Assembly (NCBI RefSeq): GCF_009834535.1 | Contig: NC_045696.1 | Location: 120,344,001 to 120,408,000 of the forward strand | Direction of reading: 5' to 3' | Source: Camelus ferus | Lineage: Eukaryota | DNA: 64,000 nt | Shown here: positions 50,921 to 64,000 of the stretch, piece after piece | Position numbering within the stretch: position 1 is the first letter of the stretch | Layout of the letters: each line of letters begins with the position of its first letter | Made by a program: the position numbers and the translations under genes | Notes under the pieces: generated by a model | The model's database searches: none | The model's input: only the letters and a program-made list of their open reading frames with translations | What the model was told of the DNA's origin: nothing

Positions 50921-52823
50921 AGGTAAGAAGAGTGATATTAAATGACATTGTTTCACTGGAGGAACAATGACACTGTAAATATAGGGAAGTTTTAAAATAG
51001 CTGTAGTATGTATTTTGGACATTTTTAAGCCAAAAATAGAATATTTGAATGTATGCTGCAGGTACAAAATAAGTGGAGACCCAACAGCAGAGAATGACCC
51101 TAGGATGGGAAAAAATAGCACGCATAAATTCAGAGTAAGGCTGCCAAGGAGAGCCAGTAATTCTTTTGGAAACCACAGAAGTCACTTGGGATTTAAATAA
51201 CTGGCGAGGAATAGACGGAATTCGCACCGTTACAAATCCTTAGTGCTGTCCTTTCTTTATGATAACAGTACAAGCTTGTTCCATGCCTTAAAATCTGACC
51301 TTTGCTTACTTTTCCAGCCTAATCTCTCCACTGCAAGGAACCCCTTCCCTGCCTCCCTCCTCTTCCTCCTCTGGTTGGCTCTCACATGCTTGGGAACATC
51401 TTCAAATTCCCAGCGCTGAGCAGAACACCCTCCTCCCGCGTGGCTCTCTCCCTCTGAGCCCTCACCAGGGAGGGTTATGCTGGCTCTGCCTGTTCACTCG
51501 TCTGCATCCCCACCGGGCACTGACGTGAGCATCCCTATTTGTCCATCACTGAACTCCCAACTCCCAGGATGGTACCCGGCACTTAAAAAGCACCCAATAA
51601 AGATTTACTGAAAGAATGAACAAACTCATCTTAAAAGATGCACATGGTTTAGTTTGAAGGGAGGAAGGGAACTGGCATGAACAATGACAAGGAAATAAAA
51701 GCCAAAACAGGACAAAATGAAAGTGTGCGTGTTTGTGCACTGATGTGAATAGGGAAGTCAGGAATATGTGAGCAGAGATTGTGAGGGGACCAGTGGGACT
51801 GGACTGGAAATCTGGGGTAGTGGGAGCTGAGGCCACTGCAAGTGTGGTGAGTGGCTGAAACACCTTTTTTTTTTTAGAGCTTAACAAAACCCAGCAAACT
51901 TAAAAAAAAAAAAATCTTGACCCACTCCACAATAGCCAACCTATTTGAATATGGAGTGATCTATAAGCAAAATCGCACGCCCTCAGAGAAGGGCCGTGGC
52001 ATGTGTATTCAGCGCACCTTTTCCCAGGGGTTCTGTGCAGAAAAGACCCGTCTCTGAGCCGCTGCAGCCTTCCACGACTTGGACGATGCTGCGGAACAGC
52101 TGGTCAGAATTACAGATGACTAAGAATCCTGTGATATCTCTGGAAAACTTGATGTGACATTTTAAATCAGATTCCTAAATCTTTCCTCAGAGTGTGAGCA
52201 GCGGGGGTTTAAGAATCTGAGTTGAAAATTTGTGCAGCCCCTCTGGGACTCTCGACGTTGGAACCTCTTTCCATCACTGACCTGGGACTGTGGAATTTTC
52301 CGCTGACTACATTTCCTCTCCACCGTTGTCCACCGTGACAACCCTAGCACCTCTCCCCTCGTGGCGCGCTAGGATCTTCACAGATGCTCAAGAACCGTTT
52401 TGCCTTTTGCAGGAAGGGATGAATGAATAAGCCCTGTCTTGCTGATTTCCTTTTGGCCTCCCTCGCTTCTCTCTGGCTCCTACTTCTCACACTGAATTTG
52501 GATTCTGTGCTCAGAGCTAGTCCGATAATAGCTGGAAGGGTTGGCCTCTATCTACACAAACGCTGCTGGTAAGGATGCTCTCGCCTCCTGTGATGAGGAC
52601 CACAGCCATGTGGGGGTCTGGCTCACGAGACGACTGTTTGCAGCCCCTTACGACAGAGTGTATAAGACTCTCGAGCGAAGGAGATGAGAATAGGCTAGTA
52701 AACAGCAAACCTCATCTTTTGTCCTCTCCGTTACTTGCACTTCTGCAAAGTAAAAAAGTTGCTTCTAGTGTGGCACTACTTGATCTACCAGCGCCCTGTG
52801 TTTCATGGCTCTGAAGGGCCACA

Positions 52824-52995
52824 GTCCAAGCTCCTGGAGCGCAGCGGATGGTCCACGAACCAGCAGCATCAGCAGCACCTGGGAGCTTGTTAGAAACGGC
52901 CCCGAGGCGACGGATCCGGCATCCACGTTGTTGAGAGCGTGTCCCCCCCCCCCCCCCCGTGATTCCCAGGCACCTCTCCGTCTGGGAAGCGCTGG
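52824..52995 (+). mobile_element. MER5A-like element (CpG-rich copy)
   Basis: ggtccacgaaccagcagcatcagcagcacctgggagcttgttagaaa. Confidence 0.7.
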
Positions 52996-53787
52996 CGGGA
53001 ACCACTTGCTTGACGCTCTGCAGAGTCGTCGGTGCCTTTTGCTCACTTTCGGCTTTGCTTGGCGTCGTGTGTTAAGCAACGACCACGTCGCAGGCGTTAT
53101 GCCAGACACAGGGGACGTGAAAAGGCAGGCAAAGCTGACCTATGCCTGGAGCTCATGGTCTAGCCGGGAAGACTGAGTCAGCAGGAGATCTTTGATTTCC
53201 TGTCGTAGTGCTAAGGTGAAGTGGGCAGAGAGCACTGGGGGGAGAAGGGGAAGGACTCCTTACCCCAGACTAGGGACCCAGAGAAGGTTTCATAAAGAAG
53301 AGCTCCACTGATCTGAAATAGGTGATTGGATGCAACTTAGCCAGGCAAAAATCAGGTAAGTAACCCAACAAAAAGCAAACCGTCTCCCCCACTTTGTCCT
53401 TAAAATAGGTTGCTGTCTAAACCATCAACGCCGTAGTGTGCCTGGGGAAGAGGGGTTGATGGGTGTATTCTGTGCCGCTCGCTGGGTGATGAGAGATGCG
53501 GATGGAGAGGTTACACAGGCCTGCCGTAGAGGGCCATGTGCCATGTTGCGATGCTGTCTGGAGGCCCCAGAGAAGGGACGTGGTTGGGCTTTTATTAGCT
53601 GGTACTGGCTGCTGAGGGAAGGGAGAAGCGCAGGGGAGAACCAGGCACAGGATAATCAGTGAGCTAGCCAGGCAGCCGTGGACAGCGGCGCTCCGTTGGA
53701 GATGAGTGGACGGTTAAGGGAAATATCTAAAAGATGAGTAGGACGTGATAATTGATCAGCTGGGACAGAGGTTAAGGGGGAGGGCTG

Positions 53788-54100
53788 GGTATTCAGAGCA
53801 GTGGTTCGCAAACTTGACTGTGCATAAGAATGCCCTGGAAGGCCCCACCCCCAGAATTCCTGATGCAGCAGGTCTGGTGTGGGGCCTGAAAACGCGCACT
53901 TCTTACGAGCTCCCAGCTGACGCTAATGCTGCGCATCCTGAGACCCCACTTTGAAAACCACTGCTCAAGTGGGGCGTCATGGTTCTTAGCTTAGACTGTT
54001 CATTGGGAACACCTGAGGAGTTGTTTTTTCAGTGACTGATGCCTGAGCCTCACCCCCAGGGATTCTGATTAAATTGCTACAGGGTGTAGCCTAGACACTG
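53788..54100. mobile_element. Adjacent MER5A/MER5B-like hAT elements
   Basis: cagtggttcgcaaactt...gagaccccactttgaaaaccactg; then gagcctcacccccagggattctgattaaattg. Confidence 0.7.
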
Positions 54101-54109
54101 GGCGTTTTT

Positions 54110-54846
54110 TTCTTAAAAAGTATCTGTTTTGGCATCTTTGGTTTTTCTTCTTTTTTTTATTGATGTATATAGTTGGTTTACAATGTGTTAATTTCTGGTG
54201 TACAGCATAGTGATTCAGTTATATATATATTCGTTTTCATACTCTTTTCATTAAAAGCTATTATAAGCTATTGAACATAGTTCCCTGTGCTGTACAGTAG
54301 GACCTTGTTGTTTATCTGTTTTATATACAGTAGTTAGTATCTGCAAATCCCCGCCTCCCAATTTATCCCTCTCCACCCTCTTTCCCCTCTGGTAACCATA
54401 AGTTTGTTTTCTATGTCTGTGAGTCTATTTTTATTCTGTAAATAAGTTCACTTACATCCTTTTTTTTCTTGGATTCCATATATAATTGATAACATATAGT
54501 ATTTTTCTTTCTCTTTCTGGCTTACTTAGTATGATGATCTCCAGGTCCATCCATGTTGCAGCAAATGATATTATTTCATTCTGAGTAGTGTTCCATTGTA
54601 TAAATACACCACAACTTCTTTATCCAGTCATCTGTCGATGGACATTTAGGCTGTTTCCATGTCTTGGCTGTTGTAGATAGTGCTGCTGTGAACACTGGGG
54701 TGCAGGTGTCTTTTCAAATTCGAATTCCCTCTGGATATATGCCCAGGAGTGGGATTGCTGGATCATAGGATAGGTCCACCTTCATTTTTCGAAGGAAACT
54801 CCATGCTGGCTCCGTAATGGTTGCACCAGACTGTGTTGCCACCAAC
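54110..54846 (-). mobile_element. L1 3' fragment with 17-bp TSD
   Basis: TSD agacactgggcgttttt (54093-54109) / agacactgggcattttt (54847-54863). Confidence 0.9.
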
Positions 54847-57800
54847 AGACACTGGGCATTTTTAAAGCTCCGGGTGTGTGCTTCTTTTGTGCAACTGAAT
54901 ACCAGCCAAATACCAATTAATTATATTAGGAACACAGGCAAAGGAGCCATTTTGGCATTTCTTAAATTTATGAAAATTATTTCCTAATATTTCCTATTTT
55001 CTAGTAAAATCAGGTAGGTCAGCCAACAAAAAGTAAGTGTCTCAGAGGCTCTCTGTCCTTAAAATAGGTTTTTGTTTAAACCATAATCCCCACCGTGTTT
55101 CATGGGGAGAGGGACTGACTGTGTGGATTCTGTATTGAGATGCGTCATTGTGTGTGTCCTCGTATGTGTGGGAATATATGGTCGATCCATTTGGAAGATC
55201 AGTATGAGAGTTGATTACTATCTAAGAGGGCAGATGCTGAAAAGAACGAAGAGACACTATTTCCAACACAAGGCAAGAGGAAGCAGGAAAAAACCACACA
55301 TTTGTTGACTTCCTACCATGTACCAGATGCTGTGATAGGTGCTTCGTAGACGGGATTTCATTTAATGCTGACAACGGAAGGAACAGTAAGACATCACTAT
55401 CTCTATTTTATAGCTGAGGGATCTGGGATTCAGAAAGAGCCCAAGGTAAAGAGGGATTTAGAGCTGGATTTGCCTGGTTCTTGTGAAGACTGTGTGCTTT
55501 TCATGAATTCTCATGGGATGAGAAATTGGCTATCAGGTATGGAGAGATCTAGTCACCGTTGGGCATCAGGTGCTTGGATTCGAGTCCTACCTCTACCCTC
55601 AACTGGTTGTGCCACCTTGAGTGAATCACCACATCTCTTGGCCTCGATTTCCTGATCAATAAAATGGGGATAAACCCTGTACCTAGCTCACTGGATTAAG
55701 TGAAATAACACAAGGCCTGCGTATGGAAGATGGAGAATGTTAACCGTCATTTTCTCCCTCCTCTTTATCATTATTAGCAGTAAAATGGCAGGAGTAGGCT
55801 CATCTCCCCTGAAATCCCTCGGTTTATAAATTCCGTGATTAAGAATTTGCTGGTTTCTTCGGTATCGGCAGCTTCTTTCTGAAACCCTTCAACTAGTGAC
55901 CTCACCTTAAAAACTGGTCTTTGCTGAAATCAGCCACCCCCTCGCTGTCCCCCTCCCAGCCCCACCATGTCCGAGCTGGATCGGTGTCGTGCTGGCTCTT
56001 GCAGGGGCTCCCTCGGTCTCTCCAGCCGTGTGGCTGTGTTCAGCACCTGCATGAGAGCCCTCGCAGACCAGCAGGATTTCCACCCAGCGGACACGCGTGC
56101 AGTGATAACTGGACCACACTTGGCAGCTTCGATGCTGATGATCTTGTCCTGTGATCTGATAGCCTGCGGGCTTAAAGATTGTCCTGGATGCAGTTTGGAG
56201 TCATGGGAAGAATGAGACTTGTTCTACACCCTGGGTATGTGATGCTGGCTTGTGGCTTCACTTCTTGGAACATCAAATTTTCTCATCTGTGAAGCTGGCT
56301 TTTGTGAGTAGTGGCGTATGTACAGTACATGATCTAGTGTGCAGCACTGAGCAGCAGTTAGGAACTGTCCTAATGGCTCTGTTTGGGAAGCTGGTGATAA
56401 GTTTCAGGGTAGACTGAGGAACAGTATTGCGTAGAACTTTGGAGAGTGCTAATCATGACTTTACAAGCCTTTTACAGTAGATTTGATTTGCAGTCACTGG
56501 GTGCTTCTGTCACTGTGTAAGTAGCATGTTTCAGGAGCAACTTCAGCATCCCCCCAGACACACTTCTAAAAATTCTCCTCAACATAGTCTGGGACAGGAC
56601 CTCAGACACCTTCACATACACAGCTGTCCCACAGCAGTGGGGGGACCACATGGTGTGGCAGAGTCGACAGCATTCCTTTTCTTATATGCTTTCTGGTACC
56701 CAGCAGGTGAATTCAGCCTCCCACAGACATGGGAGTGAGTGTCCACAGGGCTTTCTGCCAATGTTTGCAACCTGCCTAGTTGGAAGCCTCTTTCCAACTG
56801 CCTGAAAACATGTTTTGGCTTCTGTATCCTGATTTCTTATTCCATGGCTTACTCTTGGAGTTAGAATCAGTTACTTACTTTCAATTAAGTAGAGTTTTAA
56901 CATGCAAGACAGTTTTACCCCAATGCCAATTATGGGATGGACATAAATAACATAGGATCAGATTTCCTTGGTTTCTACCAGAAAAGCTGAAGCTGATGTC
57001 CCAACAATCTTGTGGCTGTTTTCCAGACAAGCGTTTCTCAAAGTGGGCTCCAGGGACCACTCCCATCAGAATTTCATAATTGTTAAGTGCAGAGTTCCAG
57101 GGTCCCCCAATTCTACTAAATTGGAATTTCTAGATCTCAACAGAGAAGCTGCAGTTTAACTCACTCTTTAGGTGATTCTTGTTCATGTTGTATTATTCTT
57201 TTCTCTTTTAATTTGAATTGCTATAAAATATTACTAGCACAAAATTTTTTAAAAATCAAACAACATTAAAAGGCTCATAATAAAATTCAGCTACCCCTTC
57301 CTTTTGTCTGCCCGGATCCATTTCCCAGAGGTTACCATGTAAACTTTTCTTTCTTTCTTCTTTTGTTTTTTACCTATTTCTGGATAATGTGCTAACAGTG
57401 TAACTGTATGTCATATCGATTTCAGACATTATCTGATGACTTCCTATAATGACTGACGAATATTTAGCAACTTTTCCAATGTAGTCATCCATCCTTACCT
57501 TCCTGATATAGTCCCTTGTGTTTTCATTAAATCGAGAATTAGAGCTGCTAATTTATGACTATGTAAAGATCACTTAGCATGAAGCCAAGAAGGGACCTTG
57601 AATATCTCTTTCTTATTCAACTTCTGTTTTATCTTAGACTTTCAGCTCTGCTAAGCAACCATCAATTTCACTTTCCAAATAGTCAAATACATCAAATCCT
57701 TAGTATTTTCTCTCCCTTGCCCTGGAAGACTTCACCCCACTCTTCTGCTTTGCGTGGACTCTTAATTCTGCTTTCCTTGTTAGATTTCCTTTTACTTGGT

Positions 57801-57952
57801 TCCATGCCTTCCTCTTTCTTAGTTTACTTACTTATTTGGAAAAAGCACATCCTCCAGTAACTTCCCTAAGAACCAGTGCACTGGAGATACGATTTTTCAG
57901 TCCTTAAATTCCCCAGGTGTCTTTATTCTGTCCTTGTACTTGATTGATGGTT

Positions 57953-58404
57953 TGTACTGGGTTGAAAAGTGTTTCCCCCTCCAAATTCATGTCCACCTGG
58001 AATGTCAGAATGTGACCCTATTTAAAAACAGGGTCTTCACAGACATCACTAGTTAAGATGAGGTCATACTGGATTAGGGTGGACCCTCAGTTGAATGACT
58101 GGTGGCCTTCTTTGAAGGCTATGGGAAGACATAGAGACACACACAGAAGAAAGAAGGTCATTTGAGGACAGAGGCAGAGACTGGAGTAACGCACCTCAAG
58201 CCAGGGAACACTCAAGATTGCAGACAACCATGGAAGCCAGGAAAGATACATGGAACAGACAATCCCTCAGAGCCTCTAGGAAAAATCAACCTGCCAACAC
58301 CTTGATTTTGGACTTCTGGTCACCATAACTGTGAGAGAATAAATTTCTGTTGTTTTAAGCTACACAGTGTGTGGTACTTTGTTATGACTGTATCAGGAAA
58401 TTCA
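57953..58404 (+). mobile_element. MLT1B/C-type MaLR solo LTR, near complete
   Basis: TG...CA ends, 5-bp TSD tggtt (57948-57952 / 58405-58409), MLT1 motifs (aagatgaggtcatactggattagggtgg; ctgtgagagaataaatttctgttgttttaagc). Confidence 0.88.
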
Positions 58405-60554
58405 TGGTTTACCTGGGTATAGAATTCTATGTTTAGCTAAAGTGGAACATAAATTGCTTCCTAATTATGACGTTCCGTGGCATCATAGCCTCTGGTGTCG
58501 GCTGGAGGAATGCCGCTTTCATTCCCATTTCTTTGTAAGTGACATGATCTTCCCACCACAAGCTTTTAGGATATTTCTTTATCCCTGGTGTCCTGACATT
58601 CATAAAGATCTTTCTTAGGTATTTCTTTTTTTAATTAATTGAAGTGGGCACATGAAGAGCCTTATCAACCTGGCAAATCAAGTCCTTCAGTTCTAGGGAA
58701 TTTTCTTGTGTTATGTCTTTGAAAATTTCCTCTTCTTTATTCGGTGAAGCTTAAACTCTCCCAGATTGACCTCCCTAAATTTCTTATCCTGTTTCCTATT
58801 CTCTACTCCTATTTTGTTCCACTTTCTTAGAGATTTCCTTGGCTGCATGTCATCTATTTCCTCCATGTTGTTTTTCTATTCGTTTGAGTCTTTGTCATAT
58901 TGGGAACTTTCCTCAGATGCCCAGTGATCCTTGACTCTGCATTTAAGAGTGTGGCAGAAAATAGCTGATTGGGAACGCACTGTGAAGGAGGGGCTTGTCA
59001 ACCAACTCTGGAGAGAAGGAGCAAACTCAGGTCCCAACCACTTTGCATGAAAGATTTCAGTCACTCTCACTGTGGTCTCATGCCTCATCTGCATCTTTTG
59101 CTATACTTGCTGCTTTAAATCCTGAGCTTTTCCAAATTTCTACAGGACAAATCAGATCATTTCTTGTAAGTCTCTCTTACTCCCAGCCACTCACAGTTTG
59201 CAGTTTGCCCCACTCTGCTAAGAAAGTCATCACTCTCTTTCAGAGAGTTTTCTCTCTTCAAAAATTTTGTTCATTCTCACTTAAGGCTGTATGTCCTCTA
59301 ATTCTCTTTGTCCTTGTGCATCAACTTGTTTCCCTCTCTCTCTCTCTCATATACAGTATTTTCAAGAAGAAGAGACAGATGGTGGTGTGGTCATCCACCA
59401 TGTTAAACCAGAAATTTCCTTCATTTCCTAATGTGCAACACACAGCAAATATTTCTACTATAACAACGTATTTAGTGAGAAACCTCTGGTTAAACAAAAA
59501 CACTGGCCCTAGAATGTGAGAGACATAAGTAGACCCCAGTTCTGATATTTACTACACACTTAATGTGCCTGAAACTCAGCTTCCTTGCCCTTGAAGAGAG
59601 ATGGAAATACCCGCCTGTGAGTAGTCAGTGTTAGTGTATGGTGTTCATGGTTTCCACTTTGGGGATTACTCGAGGTTCACAGGATCACAAGTAAGGAGAA
59701 AGTCACAAATAGTTTAGGCTAATTCCTGCGATCCCTGCAGACCCTCCGCATTTTGCCCCCTGGTGTGAAATAAAAGAATGGTGATGGAGAGCAATCATTT
59801 AACTAACTTAACAAAATCACCCCATCTCAGAAATCTCAGGATGGGGAACCATCCTGAAAGACTAATTCACGGGCTGTTACAACGCAAAGGAAAGAGATGA
59901 AAATGTCAGTGAAAATCGCGAGCTCTCTCTTCATTTGGTCCAAGTGTGACTTCTCCACAAGGACAGGGCTGATTGGAAATTAGTTTTTTACATAACTTCC
60001 AGTGACAGTTTATCTTTTTCAAAATCTAACTATAAAATCCCTCAAGAATTAGAGAACATTAACTCAGAGCCAAAGTTCAGAAAGATAGTAACAAATTATT
60101 CATGGCTCAAGGAAAGAGTTCAACCATAAAATGTGTTGAATAGTTGTATTTGAAATATTAACAAATGTTCTCAAATTCCCACATGCAGATCCACACTTAC
60201 TGATTTCCTCAAATTTTAGGTACTGCCTGATGATATATTATCTCCCCAATAGTCTAGAGACTCATATTCCTGAAAAGTCAACTATTTGTACTATGAATGT
60301 CACAAAAGGCACATTGGAAATATTTTCACTATTTCTTGCTGCTAAAGATGACTTTTTTTTTTTCCTTCTTGAACTAATGTGTATCTAATTATAAAAACAA
60401 TGTGTCCATTACAGAAAAGTTCAAAAACACAATTAGCACTAAAACCTGCTATTACAGTTGAAGTTTATCTCAATTTGGATGATCAATTTTTATCAAAAAA
60501 TACCTAACCTTTATTTAAATGTTATAAAATTCAAAGTTGAATAAAGTAAATTGA

Positions 60555-60880
60555 AGTGGGGAGGAGTGAATAGATGGAACACAGAGAATTTTTAGGCCAG
60601 AGAAAATGTTTTGTATGATACCATAATGATGGATACATATTATATATTTGTCCAAATCTATGGAATGTACAATATCAAGAATGAACCTTATGTAAACCAT
60701 GGACTTCTTTGGATGATTATAATGTGTCAATGTAGATTCATTGATTGTAACAAATGTGCCCTTCTATTTGGGGATGCAGATAATGGGAGAGGCTATGCAT
60801 GTGTGTGAGCAGGGAGCATATGGGAAATCTCTGTACCTTTTTCTTAATTCTGCTGTGATCGTAAAACTGCTCTAAAAGAT
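60555..60880 (+). mobile_element. Old L1MC-type 3'UTR
   Basis: gataatgggagaggctatgcatgtgtg...atatgggaaatctctgtacc. Confidence 0.75.
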
Positions 60881-61532
60881 CGTCTTAATTTTTAAAAGTA
60901 GTTAGAAATACCCAAGTTGTTCCAAACACACTGAAAAGTTTTCCAATACCTCAAATGAACATTAAATTTTTTAATTAATTAAAATTAAGTGAAATTAAAA
61001 ATTCAATTTCCCATTCTGACTACCCAGTTATCAAGTCCTTGGCAGATACATGTGCTTGGTGGTGAGTGTATTGGACAGCACAGATATAGAAGTACCTAGA
61101 TATATAGAGGTAAGGATAAGGGTGGGGATATAAATATGCCACAGATGAGCATTTCCCCATGTCAGTATCATATCAGTTCTTCCTAACTTGATCTGTAGGT
61201 TCAATACAAACCCAATCAAAGTCCCAGCAAGTTTTTTTTTTTTAATTGAAGTATATAGTCAGTTGCAGTGTGTCAATTTCTGGTATACAACACAATGTCC
61301 CAGTCATGCATATACATACATATATTATTTTCATATTCTTCTTCAGCAAAGGTTTATAAGATACTGAATATTTATTTTGTAGATACAAACTGATTCTAAA
61401 GTTTATATGGAGAAGCAAAAGATCCAGAACAAACCAACACAATATGGAAGGAGAAGAAGAAGCTGGATGACTGACACTTCCAGCTTCAAGACTATACATA
61501 CTATAAAGCCACAAAATCAAGACAATGTGGTA

Positions 61533-62170
61533 CAGGCATATCTTGGAGATACAGTGGGTTTGATTCCAGACAAACACAATGGAGACTATCTTGATAAAGT
61601 GAGTCACACAAACTGCAGCGGTTTCCTGGTGCATTTAAAACTTATGTTTACACTATACTATAGCGTATGTGTGAAGTGGCATTGTGCCTAAAAAAAAAAA
61701 AAAAAAAAAGTACATACCTTAATTTAAAAATACCTTATTGGATAAATTGGGAGTTTGGGATTTGCAGATACTAACTACTACATATAAAACAGATAAACAA
61801 CAAGGACCTACTGTATAGCACAGGGAACTGTATTCAATATCTTGTAGCGACCTATAATGAAAAAGAATATGAAAAGGAATATATGTACATATACAGATGA
61901 CTGAAGTATTACACTGTACACGGGAAATTGACACATTGTAAATGGACTGTATTTCAAATAAATAAATAAGTAAATAACACCTTATTGTTAAAAAGTGCTA
62001 CCCATCAGCTGAGCCTTCAGCAAGTCATAATCTTTTTGCTGGTGGAGGGTCTGGCCTTGTCAGCGGCTGCTGACTGATCAGCATGGTGGTTGCTGGGATG
62101 GCTGTGGCAATTTCTTCATGTAAGCCAGCAATGAAGTTTGCCTCGTCAGTTGACACTTCCTTCCATGAGC
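61533..62170 (-). mobile_element. Tigger1 (TcMar) terminal fragment interrupted by a + strand L1 3' tip (61741-61978)
   Basis: TA|caggcata TIR start; ctgagccttcagcaagtcataatctttttgctggtggaggg; L1 flanked by repeated accttattg. Confidence 0.82.
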
Positions 62171-62610
62171 AATTTAAACTCGGATAAAAAGTAAAACCAG
62201 CACAAAAGTGCAGCCCCAAGCCCTCAGGCCCCAGTCATGCCCCCAACCAAGGCAGAGACAATGATCACACCCAGGAGAAACCCAGTTTTCTTGAGGGCTC
62301 CTGCTCCAGCCCCTTGGGCCCCAACCCTGCCCCCCCCATAGGGCAGTGACAGCCACTGAGAGTAGGAGAACCCCAGATCACATCTGGCTCTGTCTCTGTC
62401 CCCTCCAACGCCAGCCCTCCCTCCCACCGAGGTGGTGGCTGCCAGAACACCCTGGAGAAAGAGCCCATGCTCACTTCAGGTCCAGCTCTCCCACCAAGGC
62501 CACTGGGCACACGCGGACTACACTGGAATCTTCTACACAACGAATGTTCCCTTCAAGACCAGGATAGGGGACTGTTTCACCTAACTTCACAGAGACAGAG
62601 AAAGTTAACT

Positions 62611-62825
62611 GTGTGCTTCTAGGAATTTACCTATTTCTTCTAGGTTGCCCAGTTTGTTGGCATATAATTGTTCATAATAGTCTCTTATGATTCTTTGTAT
62701 TTCTGTGTATCAGTTGTAACTTGTCTTTTGTTTCTAATTTTATGTATTTGGGCCTCAATTCCTTGATGAGTCTGACTAATAATTTGTGAAGTTTGTTTAC
62801 CTAAGAACCAGCTCTTAGTTTCATA

Positions 62826-62856
<31 letters not shown>

Positions 62857-64000
62857 AGTTTCTATTTCCTTTATTTCCATTCTGATTTTTACCTTTCCTT
62901 CTACAACTTTGGACTTTATTTGTTCTTCTTTTTCTGAGTCCTTTAGGTATGAATTTAGATTCTTTATTTGAAATTTTTTTTTGTTTCTTGAGATACTGCT
63001 ATAAACCTCCCTTTTAGAACCACTTTTGCTGCATTCCACACATTTTGGAATGCTGTGTTTCCATTTTCACTATCTTGAGGTATTTTTTGATTTCCCCTTT
63101 ATTTCTTTATTAGCTGTTTAGTAGCATGTTGTTTAGTCCCCCATGCTTTTAATTTTTGCAGTTTTACCCTTATAACTGATTTCTAGTTTCATACCATTGT
63201 AGTTGGAAAAGGTCCTTGATAAGATTTCAGTCTCCTTAAAGTCCGTTAAGATTTGTTTTGTCACCTAACATTTGATCTATCCTGAAGAATGTTCTGTGTA
63301 CGCTTGAGATGAATATATACATTGCTTCTTTCGGATGGAATGTTTTGTAGCTATCTATTAAGTCTATCTGGTCTAATGTGTCATTTAAGGTCAACATTTC
63401 CTCATTAATTTTTAGTCTGGATGATCTATCCATTGATGTAATTCAAGTATTAAAGTCCTGTACTATCATTGCATTGTCAATTTCTCCATTTAGTTCTGTT
63501 AATATTTGCTTTATATACTTTTTTTTCTCTTCTGTTGGGTGCATAAATATTTACAAATGTTATATCCTCTTGTTGGATTGACTTGTTTATCATGTGTAAT
63601 GCTCTTCTTTGTCTTTTGTTACAGTCTTTCTTTCAAAGTCTATTTTGTCTGATATAAGTATTGCTACCCCAGCTTTCTTTTTCTTTTTTTTTTTTTCCTT
63701 TTGCATGGAATATATTTTTCCATCACTTCACTTTCAGCCTGCATATGTTTTTAGATCTGAGGTGAGTCTCTTGTAGGCAACATATTGATGACTCTTGATT
63801 TTTTATTCATTCAGCCACCCTATGTGTTTTGATTGGAGAATTTAGTTCATTTACATTTAAAGTAATCATCGGTAAGTACATACTTAATTGCCATTTTGTT
63901 AATTGTTTTCTGGTTGTTTTTCTAGTTCTTTGTTTCTTTTTTTTTTTCCTCTTCCCTTGTGGATTTGGTGGCTTTCTTTAGTATTATGTTTAAATTCCTT
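62611..64000 (-). mobile_element. L1 ORF2 endonuclease region (continues past window end)
   Basis: Minus ORF MDRSSRLKINEEMLTLNDTLDQIDLIDSYKTFHPK...RIDQMLG. Confidence 0.9.

Noticed and set aside
58995..59519. 174-aa ORF
   Set aside because: Non-ATG start, no domain similarity, adjacent to degraded old L1-like sequence, no supporting exon structure
50600..64000. COL6A6 coding exons expected downstream by synteny
   Set aside because: No signal-peptide, VWA or Gly-X-Y coding exon found in this interval
1..64000. CRISPR arrays, prokaryotic operons or defence systems
   Set aside because: Sequence is mammalian exon/intron DNA; no regularly spaced repeat-spacer structure seen

Overview
Mammalian genomic DNA, most likely from a camelid (inferred from about nine copies of a tRNA-Ala(AGC)-derived Vic-1-type SINE). 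The window holds the 3' part of an intact collagen VI alpha-5 gene (COL6A5) on the + strand. I reconstructed 13 GT-AG exons (663-49785; 2742 nt, 913 aa plus stop, phases consistent, no frameshifts). They cover the end of the triple helix, a 12-nt Cys microexon, three C-terminal VWA domains, two unique regions and the terminal exon with a poly(A) signal near 50.5 kb. The rest is intronic or intergenic sequence rich in L1 fragments, SINEs, MIR/L2, MER5/MER20/Tigger1 and MaLR LTRs. I see no wholly new biological system. The best leads are: a second, MIR-derived C-terminal exon (DKERKARDI*); a duplicated three-exon VWA module; a coding (CAG)7 tract; the frame-preserving microexon; a half-L1-like element; an old/young L1 chimera; and a CpG-rich patch beside a locally duplicated ~120-bp element with a consensus splice donor downstream of the gene. 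Orthologue comparisons come from memory of the human/mouse proteins, not from a search. Repeat subfamily names and repeat boundaries are approximate.
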